The notes under the pieces were generated by a model. It did no database searches and was not told the origin of the DNA. It was given only the letters and a program-made list of their open reading frames with translations. Below, in pieces: positions 1 to 13,320 of a DNA stretch of 64,000 nt (position 1 is the stretch's first letter; every line of letters starts with the position of its first letter). Source of the stretch: Lama guanicoe (Eukaryota); NCBI GenBank assembly GCA_013239625.1, contig MU054001.1:2300151-2364150 (forward strand), read 5' to 3'. A program made the position numbers and the translations under genes.

Positions 1-554
1 GCAGAACCAGTGAGATGTTACTGTATTCTGAGGTGGCGCTAATAAACTTTAATAGATTTCAGCTAACAATTGGGTATAAATTAGACATTGCACTGCTGCT
101 GAGGTAATAACTTTTGGCACTAAATAACAGAAAATCAAGCTCTGTGATGTGCTTCAAAAGCACCTTCATCGAGCCTCCGAGATTCAGGCAGATTTCACTA
201 TTGATTACCGCTTACTCTTCCCCAAGCTTTAAGAAAACAGCAAACTGCTCCAAAATGCACCCCCAGAGGAGCCCAGACTTTTTCTCTCACTGGCTCAATA
301 GCTCTTTTACATGAAGAGGACTTTGGAATAAAAACGGGGGACATGGTGGCTGGGTGGGGGGGCTCTCATAGGTGACTCAGGAACCAGGTGGTCAGATGAC
401 CCTTTCAAGGGCACACAAATACTTGTTTATACTTTTCTGGAATCTTTCAGAATGTTCACCAGCTGACTTCATTTCAATTCATTCTATTTAACAATAGAAT
501 TTGTAATCAGCAAGCCCTGTAATTAGCTTGGGTTAGGCACTGGAGTCAATTGGA

Positions 555-720
555 TGTGTAGCAAGAAATCTGGACGTGGCATTAGCAGAATTTGTTCAGG
601 TCCTGACTATGGCGCTAATTATCCAGGTGACTTTGGGTGAGTCATTTAACCTCAGTGCCTTCACCTGCCTGTCTTAACGGGTTGTTGTCAGGTGGAAGGA
701 AATGTGGGGATCCCTGTGAA
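555..720 (+). mobile_element. MIR SINE fragment
   Basis: core-like gtgactttgggtgagtcatttaacctcagtgcct. Confidence 0.6.
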
Positions 721-1039
721 AGTGGAATGTAGGCTGGGAAGTGCTATCCAACAAGTGAAATTCAGTAGGCCGCACAACCTGATGCTTGGGTTCAGAAGTT
801 CAGTGATGCCATCGTGAGCTGTGAAAGTGGCCAGAAAGCTCCTTGTGACAGACACATTGGCCTCTACCCGCGGATCCGGGCAGCCATCCTACTCTCTCTT
901 TCCACTTTGTGTGTGAGACCTTCTCAGACTTGAAACCATGCTCAAGTTCAGCACTGTAATTTCTGTGTTGGTTTCCACAGGGATTGAGATTTCTTCAAGA
1001 ACAGAGCTTTGCATGGAGCCATCGTTACTGAAACAGTTA

Positions 1040-1216
1040 CCATATGTCATTGCATCCAAGATGCATGTTTCTTTCACAATTTAACATCTCTGAGTTGAGA
1101 TATGTCTCTTGATTACTGTCTGGCCAGAGTTTCATTAGCAGCCTTCTTTTGTCTTAGTGGCACACAGTGATGATGCAGTTCGCAACTGAGGTCATCTTAG
1201 ACATGATGGATTATGG
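1040..1216. mobile_element. MER104-like Tc2/mariner MITE
   Basis: degenerate TIRs ccatatgtcattgcatccaagatg ... catcttagacatgatggattatgg; internal tttaacatctctga. Confidence 0.6.
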
Positions 1217-1707
1217 AATCATGTTCCTGTTATGAACCAGGTGCTGTTCTGAGTGCTGCAGAGAGGGGGGCCCAAGACAGCATGTTCCTCTTCTGTGGCA
1301 TTCGCATCCTGCCACAGTGGAGTGGGGCAAGCCAAACAGGCAGCAACTCAACAAGAGAGTTGCATACGGCATTGAGTTTTGAAATGACTTAACAGGGAAA
1401 AATGATAAAGAGTGCCAGGAGGCTTGGGCTACTGGAGTCAGGATAGTCCACAAAGGCCCCTCAGACTGACTGCAAGAAGAGAGGTGCTACACAGTAAGAT
1501 TTGGGACAAGAGATTTCCAGTGTGAGGGAACAACCAGATGGACCCTGAAATGGGAATGAGGTTAGCAGAACATTGGTGACATAATCCTTCTGGGCATAAT
1601 TACTTAAATATGTGCAGATGAGAATAGTCATATATGGTCTCAAAGACGTTATCTCCCTGCCTTTCCTTTCTTTCTCAAGCTTCCAAATTGACTGTCATCA
1701 GAGACTA

Positions 1708-2159
1708 CGTTAGCTTCCCAGGGCAGCTGTAACAAACTACCACAAATTTGGATGGCTTAACGTAAGAAAAAGTTTTTCTCTCCATAGTCCTCGAGGCTAG
1801 AAGTCTGCAAACAGTGTATTGGCAGGGCCATGCTCTTTCTGAAGGATCTAGATGAAAATATGTCCATGCCTTTCCCTTAGCTTCTGGTGCCTGCCAGCCA
1901 TCCTTGGCCTTCCTTGGCTTGTAGACCCTTCACTCTAATCTGGGCCACTGTGAGCACATGGCATTCTCCCTGTGTGTCTGTGTCTCTTTTTATAAGGATA
2001 TCAGTTTTAGTGGATGACATCTCACCCTAATTCAGTATGAGTTCCCACCCTAATTCAGTATGGCCTCTGCAAAGACCCTGTTCCCAAATAAGGTCATCGT
2101 CACAGGTACTGAGGGTACCTCAACACACCTTTTAGGGGGACCCATTTCAACTCATAGCA
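1708..2159 (-). mobile_element. MaLR solo LTR (MLT1B/C-like)
   Basis: gctgtaacaaactaccacaaa...ggcttaa, ctgcaaagaccctgttcccaaataaggtca, ending tcaactcatagca. Confidence 0.85.
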
Positions 2160-2609
2160 GAGACACTGATGACACTTCTCAGGAAAGTTTCTTAATGGGG
2201 GTCTATTGATACTTTGATAACACGGGGACCAAACCTTCCTACCACCAAACAGGTCTTCCCTATTTTGCCTACTAAGGACAAAAGCCATGACCACATCTTC
2301 AGCATGCAGCCTGGTTTTCCTATAGACATTTTCTTCGTTCTCTTTTAGCCTAAGTGATTTTGATGTCAAGGTGGAAGAAGCTTTATTTTGGTGGAAGCAG
2401 GCTACCACCATCAACACCTCTGGATCTAATCACTGATTACAGAATTAATACTACTGCAGCCGGAGGACATGGGTGGCAGCAAGGGCAAGTTGAGAAGTTT
2501 CAAATAACTTAGTAACCAGTTGTCATTAGCAGTATTGGCATAAAAGTAGGTAGTTAATTCCCCAGTCTGTTCCTTTTACTATCTACTGCCACCTTTGAAA
2601 GTCATCATA

Positions 2610-2960
2610 AAATAATAACAGCTAAAGTTTATTGAGTGTGGACCATGTGTTAGGGATTATGTAACACAGTTTAAATGTATTGTGAGCCCATTTAATTCTC
2701 ACAATAACCCCAGGAGGGAGGTCCTATTATTATCCTGACTTTACTTAGGGGAACATGATGGTTAGAAGAGTTTCTGTGTCTCACACAGGGCCACAGACTG
2801 GTGAGGACTAGAGACGAGAGTCCCCCCCCTAGAGAGCCGGGCTCTGAAGTTCATGGATGCAACCACCCTGCTACTGCTCTTCAGCAGGGTAGCCCTTCAT
2901 TTTACCTCAGAAACGGGAAGTGGCATTCCCAAGGTCATACAACTAGGAGATACCAGAACA
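2610..2960 (-). mobile_element. MIR SINE(s)
   Basis: aataataacagctaaagtttattgag...catttaattctcacaataaccc...attattatcc. Confidence 0.75.
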
Positions 2961-4844
2961 GGGAGAAGGTCCCAGATGGGAACCAGTCCAGTGCTTGCTC
3001 TTCTGTCCCTTGTCTTGTCAACCTTCACAGCCCAGTGAAAATTTTCCAGCTAGGCATCTGTCCCTCATCCCCCAGTGAAAGCTTCAGATAGTCCATGAGA
3101 AGATCTAATAGGCAAAAACCTGCCAGGTGATCCTGGCCCTGTTTGGTGGATACCAACCTCTGTGAAGCCCAGACTTTACTCAGGATATTGTGGGCACACA
3201 GGTACCCATCTGTATAAAATTGTTATCGTGGGTCTAATCATTGCCCCAGAGCCAAGTCTGCAGACCACTGAGTGACAGAGACTAAGGCTAGAAAAAAATG
3301 CTGCTGGGCCACTTTTCTGAAATTGGAAGATTAGATTGTGAGTGGGAAGTCAGTTTCATCTCCTGCACCACATCCTCTCAAAGCGATCAGTTGCCTGGAA
3401 TGTTGTCTCATCAAAGATTTTGAGTCTGAGCACATTGGTTCCAGTCTGGGGGCAGGAACTGGGTGGCTGGGGATCAGGGGTGAGAGGGAGGGGGTTTATC
3501 AAATATATACTTGTATATTTTGCACCCTGTGAATGTACTAGATAGTAAATTTCCAATGATCTGAAGCCCTACTTGGGATCATGGGAAAGTATTAAATACA
3601 TTGTAATCAGTTTGTGGGGTCTCCTCTGGACACAAGATGAGTTGGTGTCTGCACACGAGCTGTGCGTTTCTTATCTCTGCACATGAGTCATGATTTTCTT
3701 AATTTATACCTTGCAAAGATAGAGCTTATGGTTCCCATGGAGAAGGTCCTAGGGCAGCTGCCAATGTTGTGAATGTTTCCCATTCTTCCTCCAAGCTCAT
3801 CAGGGCTACATGAGTGTCATAAAATGGCTTTCCCGACTTCTCAGCTGCAAGAGGAGAAACACAGACAAACCCGTGGGAATCTTCTTTGCGTCCGACCTCA
3901 CTCCTTCTTGATGCTTTCACTGGAAATAGGCGTCAGCATGATTTTGCTCCCCCTGGGGCATCCTTCCCTGCGCTCCCTTGGAGTCATCCCTTCCTCCCTC
4001 CTGTAGGAATTAGATAGCAGTTGTGGGGGCCCCTCTCCGGTGTTTGGGACCTCAGCCTCCAGCAGATTTTTTAAACAGAAGAGGCGCACAGGTGTGGAGA
4101 CTCAGGATGAGTCTGTGTTGATGCCTCTGCCTGGGAAAACTGCCCTCGACAAACACATTTGTTGCTCATACATTATCTGTTGGCTATCTCCCCACGTGCC
4201 CTTCTGTTGCCATGGCAGTGTGCCGGATCCCAGGTCCCAAAGCCAGCTCCATTAAACCTAGGTGCCAGTCACCGTGAGCCGGCTGCAGGAGACTTCACCC
4301 TCTGGGGCCCCTTCTCATCTCGCCTTGGGAATAATGAGACCTCCAGAATGCTTCTGACTTTCTCACTTGGTACCTGGCTGGAGGTAGAGCCCCCTTTGGC
4401 GATCCCAGCCTGGGATGAGAAAGGCTTGTTCTCTGCAGGACAAGGCTCAGTGTAAGCTGAGAGTCTGCATTGGGGAAGGAGAGAGGTGGTGAAATTGATA
4501 TGTACGTATGAGTTGGGTGGGATCCTACCTGCCTGCACTGGGGGCACAGGAAGACATAAATGTGGAGTTATTGGAACCACATCTCTTCCACTGTACCTCA
4601 TATGTGTGAGTAAATGAGTGTGTATGTGTGTGTGTGCATTGGTGGAGGATGGCATTTATCTACATCATCAGTCATAAATCAAATGTGATTCCCCTCCCTT
4701 GTGCCAAAATTGTTTTGAAGGGACAGATAAAATGCCAAGTGTCTGTGCAACCTGCTAACAAAGGCGCATCCTCATCTTCTGTGATACAGGTACAAAGGGA
4801 CCTGGCAGGGAGGAGGAAGATGATTAACTATAATTCATGGCTGT

Positions 4845-5100
4845 TATGATGTCAGGCACATAGTAGACACTTAGGCAAAATTGTTGAATGAGTGATTGAG
4901 TAATGGAGGTCCCCGCGCAGCATCATTGTGTGAATGAAATGTGATGATGTCTTTGTTTACATTAATTTTTGAGCACCTACTATACGCCGCGCACCATTCT
5001 AGGCTATTGGGAGGTGGTAGCAAGCAAGATAGACCAGACCCCTACTCCCATAGAGCTTACCTTCCTTCAGGGAACAGACAAAAATAAGCAAATGTATGAT
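4845..5100. mobile_element. L2 3'-end fragments
   Basis: ggcacatagtagacact...tgttgaatgagtga and gagcacctactatacgcc...ccatagagcttac. Confidence 0.6.
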
Positions 5101-5483
5101 GGAACCTGAACCTGCAGAGCTCAATGACTTTTGATCTCTTTCTTTTGCTCCTGTGGAAAGTAGCAAAAGGAAGGAGACTTGCATGCACATATATGGTCAG
5201 GCCCGTTCACCTGTATTTGCCGGATGGTTTGTAAAGAACTCCCCCACCTCCATCCATGGACACACATTCACATGTATGAACATACACACTCACACATGCA
5301 CACACCATCCTCTTGGACTTGGAATTCTCCTGAAATATACATTATTTTTTCTCATAAAATCTGCAAGAGATAGACCCATGTGACCTGACTGGGGCTGTAG
5401 TTGAGGATCCAGAGATATTTTGGGGTTTTTTGGAGCCATTGTCAGGTCACTGTCCCTCAGATCAGAACATTTGGGCATTTCTT

Positions 5484-5790
5484 TATTTTTAAATTTAAAA
5501 CAAATTTTAAAGTTGCTTTCCATTTACAGTTATTACAAAATACTGACTATATTCCCTTTGCTGTACAATACATCCTTAAGCCTGTCTTACACCCAGGAGT
5601 TTGTGTCTCCCAGTCCCCCACCTTTATATTGTTCCTACTCACGTTTCCTCACTGGTAACCAATAGTTTATTCTCTATGTCTGTGAGTCTGCTTTTTTGGG
5701 TCATATGTACCAATTTGTTGTATTTTTTAGATCCTGCATATAGGTGACATCATACAGTATTTGTCTTTCTCTGTCTATCACTTAGCATAT
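5484..5790 (-). mobile_element. L1 3'UTR fragment (artiodactyl-type)
   Basis: ttccctttgctgtacaatacatcc...ctggtaacc...tgtctgtgagtctg...atttgtctttctctgtct. Confidence 0.8.
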
Positions 5791-6619
5791 TTCTTTGCAG
5801 TCCCCAAACCTGTGTCTGACTCTGGCTGCATCTGGGAAAGGATCCTGGCTCCTGGGTCAGGTCCTCTATGTGTCTGCCCTAGAAAACTACAGAGCTGGAG
5901 GGTGATAGCATGTGAAAGGTGAAGACTGGAGAGATTCCTAAATAGGAGGGGGGTTGTACTTCATTTTTTCAGAGATGGCATCTGCCTTAGAGAGTTTGTG
6001 ATTCCTGGAATATTCCAAAGCTCTGACCTTGAACTGGTTAGATGCTCAGGAATTGAAGGGTGGTGGGACCTATGGCTTGCCCATATGGTTGAAGTCATTT
6101 GGATGTCAGAGAATACCATCTATAATTGAGAGACTGCACTCAGGAAAAATTAATCTTCTATTAAATTAAGACTGAGTCTCCTCTTTAGCATATTTGGACC
6201 CACTCTGATATGTCTAATACTCAGATTACTCAGGAAGAGTCTGTTATAGTGTTGTCATGGTGACCATCTCCAATTATGACCAGCAGGATTAAGAAGATGA
6301 TGTCTGTGAAGCTTTCCAAGGCTGATGAGTGAATGTCGATGGGAGAAAGAGGAAGATCTGGGATGGGTCCAGTGTGCAGGGATGGAAGGAGATCTTGAGC
6401 CCCAGGCAGGCTGCTGTGTGAATGGTGGCAGGGGCCATCTGCTCCCTGAAGATAAGGATCTTTTCAGTCTTACCTATCACTGTATCAACAGCACCTACAA
6501 CAATGTTGGTACAAAGTAGGTACTCAGTAACTTTGGGTGAATGAATAAATGAATGAGTGGTTGTAAATTTCCTCTTCCGCTAGGTGAAATAAACATGGTA
6601 GAAGTATAATTGGTGCTGG

Positions 6620-7130
6620 CACCACTAGTGCAGAGAAATTGATAGCATTGGTTGTGGTGATGGGGAGAGGATAGCTATTATTAGACTGAGAGATAACACA
6701 CCACCTTGGCTCTGATTGCAAAAGCCTAGTATAAATCAAATGGTCAAAGTTCAAAAATAATCATCCCCAGTGTGTTGAGGGTATCAATAAACAGATAGCT
6801 TCTTGCAAGTTTTGTAGAAGCATAATTTGGTGCTGCCTCTCTGGAGAGGAGTTTTGCAAAAAGTTCCAAAAATCTTAAATATGTTCAATAGTTTAGCTGT
6901 ACCCACATAAACTGGTGTACATAAGTAGTTTAGGAGTTTATCCTAAGGAGAGATCCGAGGATGCACATGGATGTTTTACTACTAGTGAGTTCATTGATGC
7001 CTTGTTTAAGATAGAAAAATATTAAAACTAGCTTAAACATTCTACAATGGTAAACTGTGGTTTCCCTATCCTGGAATACTATGTTGCCATTTGTGATGTT
7101 GTAGGCAGATGTTTGTCACCACTGAAGTTT
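6620..7130 (+). mobile_element. Ancient L1 (L1ME-like) 3' fragment
   Basis: degenerate L1 3' motifs (aggagtttatcctaaggag, ggaatactatgttgccatt). Confidence 0.55.
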
Positions 7131-8099
7131 GTGTATTCATGAGGATTAGGTTAGGCTCAGGTAACAGAGAAGGAAAAAAAAGTGTTGCTTGACTTTCTTA
7201 TATGAAGTTTAGGGCTATGATGGGCTTCCTCCATCTTCTGGAATTGAACTTCCAGACTGTTGCTCTGTCAGGAACAGTGAAAACTCTTAGCACTATGAAG
7301 CCATCAAAGAGCTGTGAGAAGCACATGGCTTCCTCTGCACTGCTCTTTCTGTTAAGATGTCCTTATTCTTCTTAACAAAGTTTGGAGCTGTTTTTGTTTG
7401 TGTGACTTGTGCAAACTCAGGCAGGGCTTCTGGGCCAGATAACAGGACTGGGGATACAGGACTCCAGATGGGTATGGCTCTGTCTCCCTGATGAAGATGC
7501 TTTTAATTTTTGTTGGCTCTTTCACTTCCATCATATCCTAAATAAACAAAGTTTGGAGGAACATATTTTTTAAAAACTCTGAACCTACAATAATAAAAGG
7601 TGTATGGGGAGGATAAATCAGGTTTATTTTAGTCTTTCCCAGCATACCCCACGTGTGATTGTGTTGGGTGATCTCTAAGACACCAAGAAGCATTTGTAAA
7701 GATTTCCTTTACAAGGCCACATTTGCAACCTTCTATGAAAGAGAGGCAGCATTTGCTCATTAGGATGGACCCTGAAGCAAGGAAAACATCGCCAGTCTTA
7801 CTGGAACACTCAATCCAATCAAATTAGATAGGAAAGCATCACTTCAGTTCCAGCATTGCAAGGCCATGGCCCCAAGCCAAAATAACTGGCACTAAGTGTT
7901 GACTATGATTACTTCTGGGAGGCAATAGAGTTCTGGGAATCTGGGTGGCGTATGAGAATTAGGGGATTCCAAAGAACTAACGTCGGTGGTGAAATGGTGA
8001 CATGTTCATGGCAGGCAGAGCCCTGATTAACTGGGTAGGAAAGACTTAATACTGGTCCTGATGGAGGGCAGAGCAGTGTATCAGTTTATACATTTTCCT

Positions 8100-8450
8100 C
8101 AGTTTTATTGAGAGACAATTAACATAAAGAATTGTATTAATTTAAGATATATAATTTTATATGATTTAATACACATATATATTGCAAAATTATTACCACA
8201 ATAAATTTGGTTAACATCCATCACCTCACATACTTACAACATTTTCCCCCTTGAGATGTGAACTTTTAAGATCCACTCTCTTAGCAACTTTCAAATACAC
8301 AGTACAGTATTATTAACTATAGTTATTACATTGTACATTATATCTCCAGAACTTATTTATCTTGTAACTCGAAGTTTGTTTCTGACTACCTTCACCCATT
8401 TCTCCTACCCCCATCCTCTGCCTCTGCCAACCGTCAATCTGTTCTCAGGT
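8100..8450 (-). mobile_element. L1MA-type 3'UTR fragment
   Basis: aacatccatcacctcacata...ctcttagcaactttcaaata...tctccagaacttatttatcttgtaact. Confidence 0.85.
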
Positions 8451-8569
8451 TATACACTTTTGACAGCAACATCCATGTTACTGATGTTTCATAGGTTCCC
8501 TAAATGTGCATTTTCACCAGAGGCATTTAAAACTAAAATGGAGAGAAGTCAATGGTGAGCGTGCTTTAC

Positions 8570-9410
8570 TATATTAAGAGCTCACTGGGTTGCAAGAAAT
8601 GGCAACCAATTTGTGTGAACTTATGTACAAGGAGACTTTTGTAAAAGAATCAGAGGTATCCTATAAACCCCAGAATAAGAAGTATGGTTAGGGGGGAAAA
8701 ATCTGGGACCAGGAATTGTAAAGCTACTGGGAGTCCAGTAAACTTGACTGGCCAGCTCTCTGATAGCTGGTGGGGGTTAAACCTGAAACTTGTAGGTTCA
8801 AGACGGCTGCCACAAAATGACTGCCCTGGCTGCCCTCCAGAGCTGTCTAATCCTACAGTTGCAGCACCCCGAATTAACTGATACTGTTTCTTCATGCTCC
8901 AAAAAACTGACAAAATGATTGATTCATCTTAGGTTGTATGTTTATCCATTGTCCAGTCAGCTGTGGTTGAGGGGGTAGGGCCATGAAGGGATATGGAAGC
9001 AGCGTCTTTTTTTTTTTAATTTTTGATTGAAGTATAGTTGGTTTACAATGTTAGTTTCAGGTGTACAGCAAAGTGATTCAGTTATACATATACATACATA
9101 TATATGTTTTCTTTTCAGATTCTTTTCCATTCTATGTTATTACAAGAAATTGAATATAGTTCCCTGTGCTAGACAGTAGGTCCTTGTTGTTTATCTTTTT
9201 TATATATAGTAATGTGTGTCTGTTAATCCCCGACCCCTAACTTATCCCCAGTCCCCCGCCCTTTCCCCTTTGGTAACCGTAAGTTTGTTTTCCATGTCCG
9301 TGAGTCTGTTTTAAGGAAGCGGGGTCTCTGAGGAAATGGAAAGGGCATACCCTCTAAGAAGGAATATGGAGCAGGTAGAAATGATTAGCAGAGAAATGAT
9401 TTGCCTCTCT
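8570..9410. mobile_element. Old MaLR (MLT1-like) LTR interrupted by an L1 3' end
   Basis: ggttgcaagaaatggcaacc...; sequence resumes after the L1 TSD. Confidence 0.5.
9007..9314 (-). mobile_element. L1 3'-end insertion with TSD
   Basis: polyT; L1 3'UTR motifs; TSD ggaagcagcgtc (8995-9006) / ggaagcggggtc (9315-9326). Confidence 0.85.
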
Positions 9411-10084
9411 AGTATATTAACCCAGAAGGAGAAACAAAAGTGTTGAGCTCAAAGCCTAGAGGGTAGATTCCTGGGAGACAGGAATGCATGTTCTGTTTTT
9501 CCCTTCTTGCTATTTCTCCATTTACTTCTCTACCACTTTTCTAATTACTACCAGCAGAACAATCAATACAAGGTTATCAACAGTAGAGACAAGTTAATTA
9601 AGATGAGCAAATTAATCAGGTAATTAAGTGGCCTTCCCTGAGAAGGTGAGCCTGTTGAGGTGTTAGTGACATTAGGTCGCATCAAGTTGTCTTTGTGCAG
9701 GCTCTTAGGAATCTTGGTAACTGTGGCTCATACCAGATGAAACTAAAAGTGTATTATCCTCATTACAGGCACACGATTTCTCTTGGTTGTATCCATAAGA
9801 AGTCCATATTCCAATGCACTCCTGGAGCCTTGGTCTCATTCTCACCATATGAGCCCTTTGTTTCAGTGGCAGATGTGGGTAGTTAATTACCCAATTCTTT
9901 CCTTTTACCCAATAAACAAAACTCCAATCTATCCCTCGTGGTCCAACTTGAAGACTACATTACCCAGCTTCCCCTGTAGCTGGAAAGTAGCCAGTGAGAT
10001 TAAGTGGAAATCACTGAGTGGTTCTTTGGGGATTCTTTGACGGCGCTGACCCAGCTGGGAGATACATTCCTTCTATTCCTGTCT

Positions 10085-10760
10085 TTATATTTTTCAATCT
10101 ATGATTTCCATTTGGCTCTTTTAAAAAGAAAACTTACCTTTGCTGAGATTTTCTATTTTTTTTCATTTGTTTCAGGAGAATTTGTAGTTGATTGTTGGGG
10201 CATTTTCATGATGGCTGCTTTAAAGTCCTTGTCAGATAATTCGAGCTTCTGACTTATCTCAGTCCTGGTGTCGGCTGATTGTCTTTCCTCATTCAAGTTT
10301 GATTTTCCTGGTTCTTGGAATGATGGCTTTCAATTGTATCCTGGACATTTTGGCTACTATTGTTAGGAAACTCTGGGTCCTATTTAAATCTTTCAGTTTA
10401 ACAGGGAAACTATGGGACTGTTCAGCAAACAATCCTGGGCATGCTTTTGTGGGCTGGCAAGAGGTGGAGCTGAGATGTGAGTCTAGGACAAATGTGTCCA
10501 ATGACAGTGTAATTTTCAGAGCCTTGATGGTATGACTTTGGTAAATCTGGTACTGCGGGGGCTCCCAGTGGTCTCTAGTAGAGTCACCTGGGGGGACAGA
10601 GGGGTTTCCCCAAGCCAGCAGAACCCTGACACTCAGTGGGGTAGGAGGGTCTCAAATCCCCAAGACAAAAGGTTTTTGGGCTGCACTGCTTCTTGGGGCT
10701 GGAAGTCCCTCAGTGGGGCCAGGAAGTTTCTAGCCCAATGAGGAAGGGGAGCACTTCAGT
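10085..10760 (-). mobile_element. Old L1 5' region (5'UTR/ORF1 N-terminal remnant), apparently inside an MLT1-like LTR (~9860-10940)
   Basis: gctgctttaaagtccttgtcagataatt...gattgtctttcctcattc, typical of L1M 5' ends. Confidence 0.6.
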
Positions 10761-11109
10761 CAACTGTTAATTTTGAGGGACAGAAAGGTAGAAGAAATTC
10801 TGATTCTGCTGACTGAAACCCACCACATCAGCTTTAGATAAAATATCTCTCCTCTTTTCTTAAGTAAGATAAAAATAAATCGATCATCTTTTAGCCACTG
10901 TTATTTGTCTGTAATATGCTACAGAACTTAATGCTAATTGACATAATCTCCTAAGGAGGGAAGAATAAAACGGATAGTCTCCAAAGCTGCCTTAGCCCCG
11001 CTCCTCTGGGCTGAACAATCTGACAACCCTATGTCTGTGACTTAGTCTCTCTTCCTTGGCTACAGGCATCCTCTCCTGTGCATCAGAGAATACCTTTTTG
11101 AGTGAAGGA

Positions 11110-11790
11110 ACAGAGTGACTGTGTTGAAAGAGATTAGAGTCCGAATCCCAGTTTCATCACTTACGAACTTTGTGACCTCATGCAGTTACTTCAGTTACAG
11201 CTATAAAACAGCAGTAAAAAGAACTGTAATTCAAATTTGCACTGTAAAGATTAAAAAATATATAATGCATATAAGGCACCTAGTCTGATAGTTATTTTAT
11301 TACCATCATCATCACCATGACCATCATCTACCCACAGCAAACATTAAGAGTAATTTTATAAGAAATGAGTTGCATAAAATACGGCATATAAATAATCAGA
11401 GATAACGTTGACACAGCCCTTCCTATGAGCCAGGCACTGGGTTGCACTCCTTGTGTTTGCTCATTTAATACACACAAACCGATGAGGTGTGATTGTCGTC
11501 ATAACCATCATTCTCCTTTAGTAAGCTGAAGAGACTGAGGCTCAAAGGCTGAGAACCTGAGTAACACAAGGGTAAGAGCTGGAGCTGAGATGCGATGCTG
11601 GGTCTGTCCAACTCCAGAGAGAAAGCTTTTTATCAAGTAGAGTACAGACCGGGAGAAGGTATCTCAGCCTTTGGGATAGCATCTGTTGAGCTCTATTGTG
11701 TGCTGGTTCCTCCACACAAAGATGGACAAAGCATGGCCATGCCCTCACGCAGCTTCCACTGTGGTTGCAGGAGATAGACATGTAAAGAAA
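11110..11790. mobile_element. MIR / MIR / L2 cluster
   Basis: ccgaatcccagtttcatcacttac...; gagccaggcactgg...gagactgaggctca; L2-like gccctcacgcagcttcc. Confidence 0.6.
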
Positions 11791-12359
11791 TACACACCCT
11801 AAAACCTCTGAGTTGTGTGAGATACGTGTGCCTGGGGTTCGTCTGGGGCAGAAAGCGGTCGATTCTAGGGGAGTGGAGGAATAAGCTAGCCCTACAGCTC
11901 AGAAAGCCCAGTTCTACATTTCTGGACAGTCTCTTTTCTAATAAAATTTTGAAGGATATTTTCTTCTTTTGGCAAAGAAGCGTGACAGCACTTACCAGAT
12001 CATACCCTGAAAAAAAAAAAAACAACTTTTGATGGTTGTGAATGAAGTAATTGCTTGCTATCAGTTGAAAGCCAGAAAGGACTAGAAGATGCTTCAGCAG
12101 ACACAGCACTTCCCTCCCTAGAGGTCGAGGAAGCACCAGAGCAGGCTGTGCTTTGCTTCTGCTTTTGTTGTGGCTTCCCTGGCACCTCATTTGCCTTTTC
12201 TGCTCACAGCTTCCCAGCTTCCACCAGTAGGTTCCAGTTGTTTGGATTAATGAGGAAATGCCATGAAGCAAGAGGGAGAGAAATCAAGTGAAAAACTCAG
12301 GGACTCAGCTGAGATCGAAAAGCAGATGCTTTCGAATTCCCACAAGGTACCACTGGTCA

Positions 12360-13320
12360 CTTCTCTTGCTCAAAAGCAAAATAAATTGAAAACTTCTGCT
12401 CTTTGAAAGACACCATGGAGAAAATATAAAGAAATCCATACAGAAGAACTGAATAGACATTTTTCCAAAGAGGAAATGCAGATGGTCAACAGGCACATGA
12501 AAAGATGCTCAATACGGCTAATCATCAAGGAAATACAAATCGAAACCGAGTTTGTCAAAACTCATTGAAATGAATACTTAAAAAATGAGTCCACTTAAGT
12601 GTATGTAAATTATACCTTTATACAATTGCTTTAAAATCTAAACCTTCACAATATTTTCAGAATTTTTGATAATAAAAGTAACACTTGTTGATTATAAGAC
12701 ACTTAGATTATAAACAGTAGCAAAAAACAAACTATGATGACACATGATGTACTACTGTCATAATTTTTCTGTATGTCATTAGGATATATTCATGTTATGT
12801 ATTTGTACGCGCATATATTTTAATGGCCAGATGCAATACACGCTTTTTTTGCAACCTCCTTTTTTCCGACTCAGCAATATAGTACAAGCACCATTCACCG
12901 TCATTAAATTTTATTCTGTTACTTCGTTTGAATAATTTTATAAATTGCAGACCATCATTTAATTAGCTGGTCTCAATTGTCTGACACTTAGGTCATTTGT
13001 AATATTTTTTTTCTCTTATCATAAGCAAAGCCACGCATTCCCATAGTTAAATCTGTGTACAAGTTCCTAATTATTTCCTGAAGATGTATTTCTAAAAGTA
13101 AAATTTTGGGGTCAAAGGTAGAATTTCTGGCTTAAAAATTTTAAGGCTTTTGATATCTATATTTCATACATATATAATTGTTAGACATATCACTTCTAAT
13201 TGAGGAAATCTGGACTATAACAAATGGGGTATTTAGAAATATATTTGCCCATTGAAAGGAGGAAAATAATATCTCATGGCTGTTTTAGTTTGCATTTCTT
13301 TGGTTCCTTTCACCAACCTA
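12360..13320. mobile_element. Old L1 fragments (plus-strand ORF2 end/3'UTR ~12360-12640; minus-strand L1ME-like ~12640-13320)
   Basis: gaatagacatttttccaaagaggaaatgcagatggtcaacaggcacatgaaaagatgctca; gttttagtttgcatttctttg. Confidence 0.7.

Noticed and set aside
11693..12271. 192-aa minus-strand ORF
   Set aside because: No recognisable homology, runs through a homopolymer and overlaps an L2 remnant
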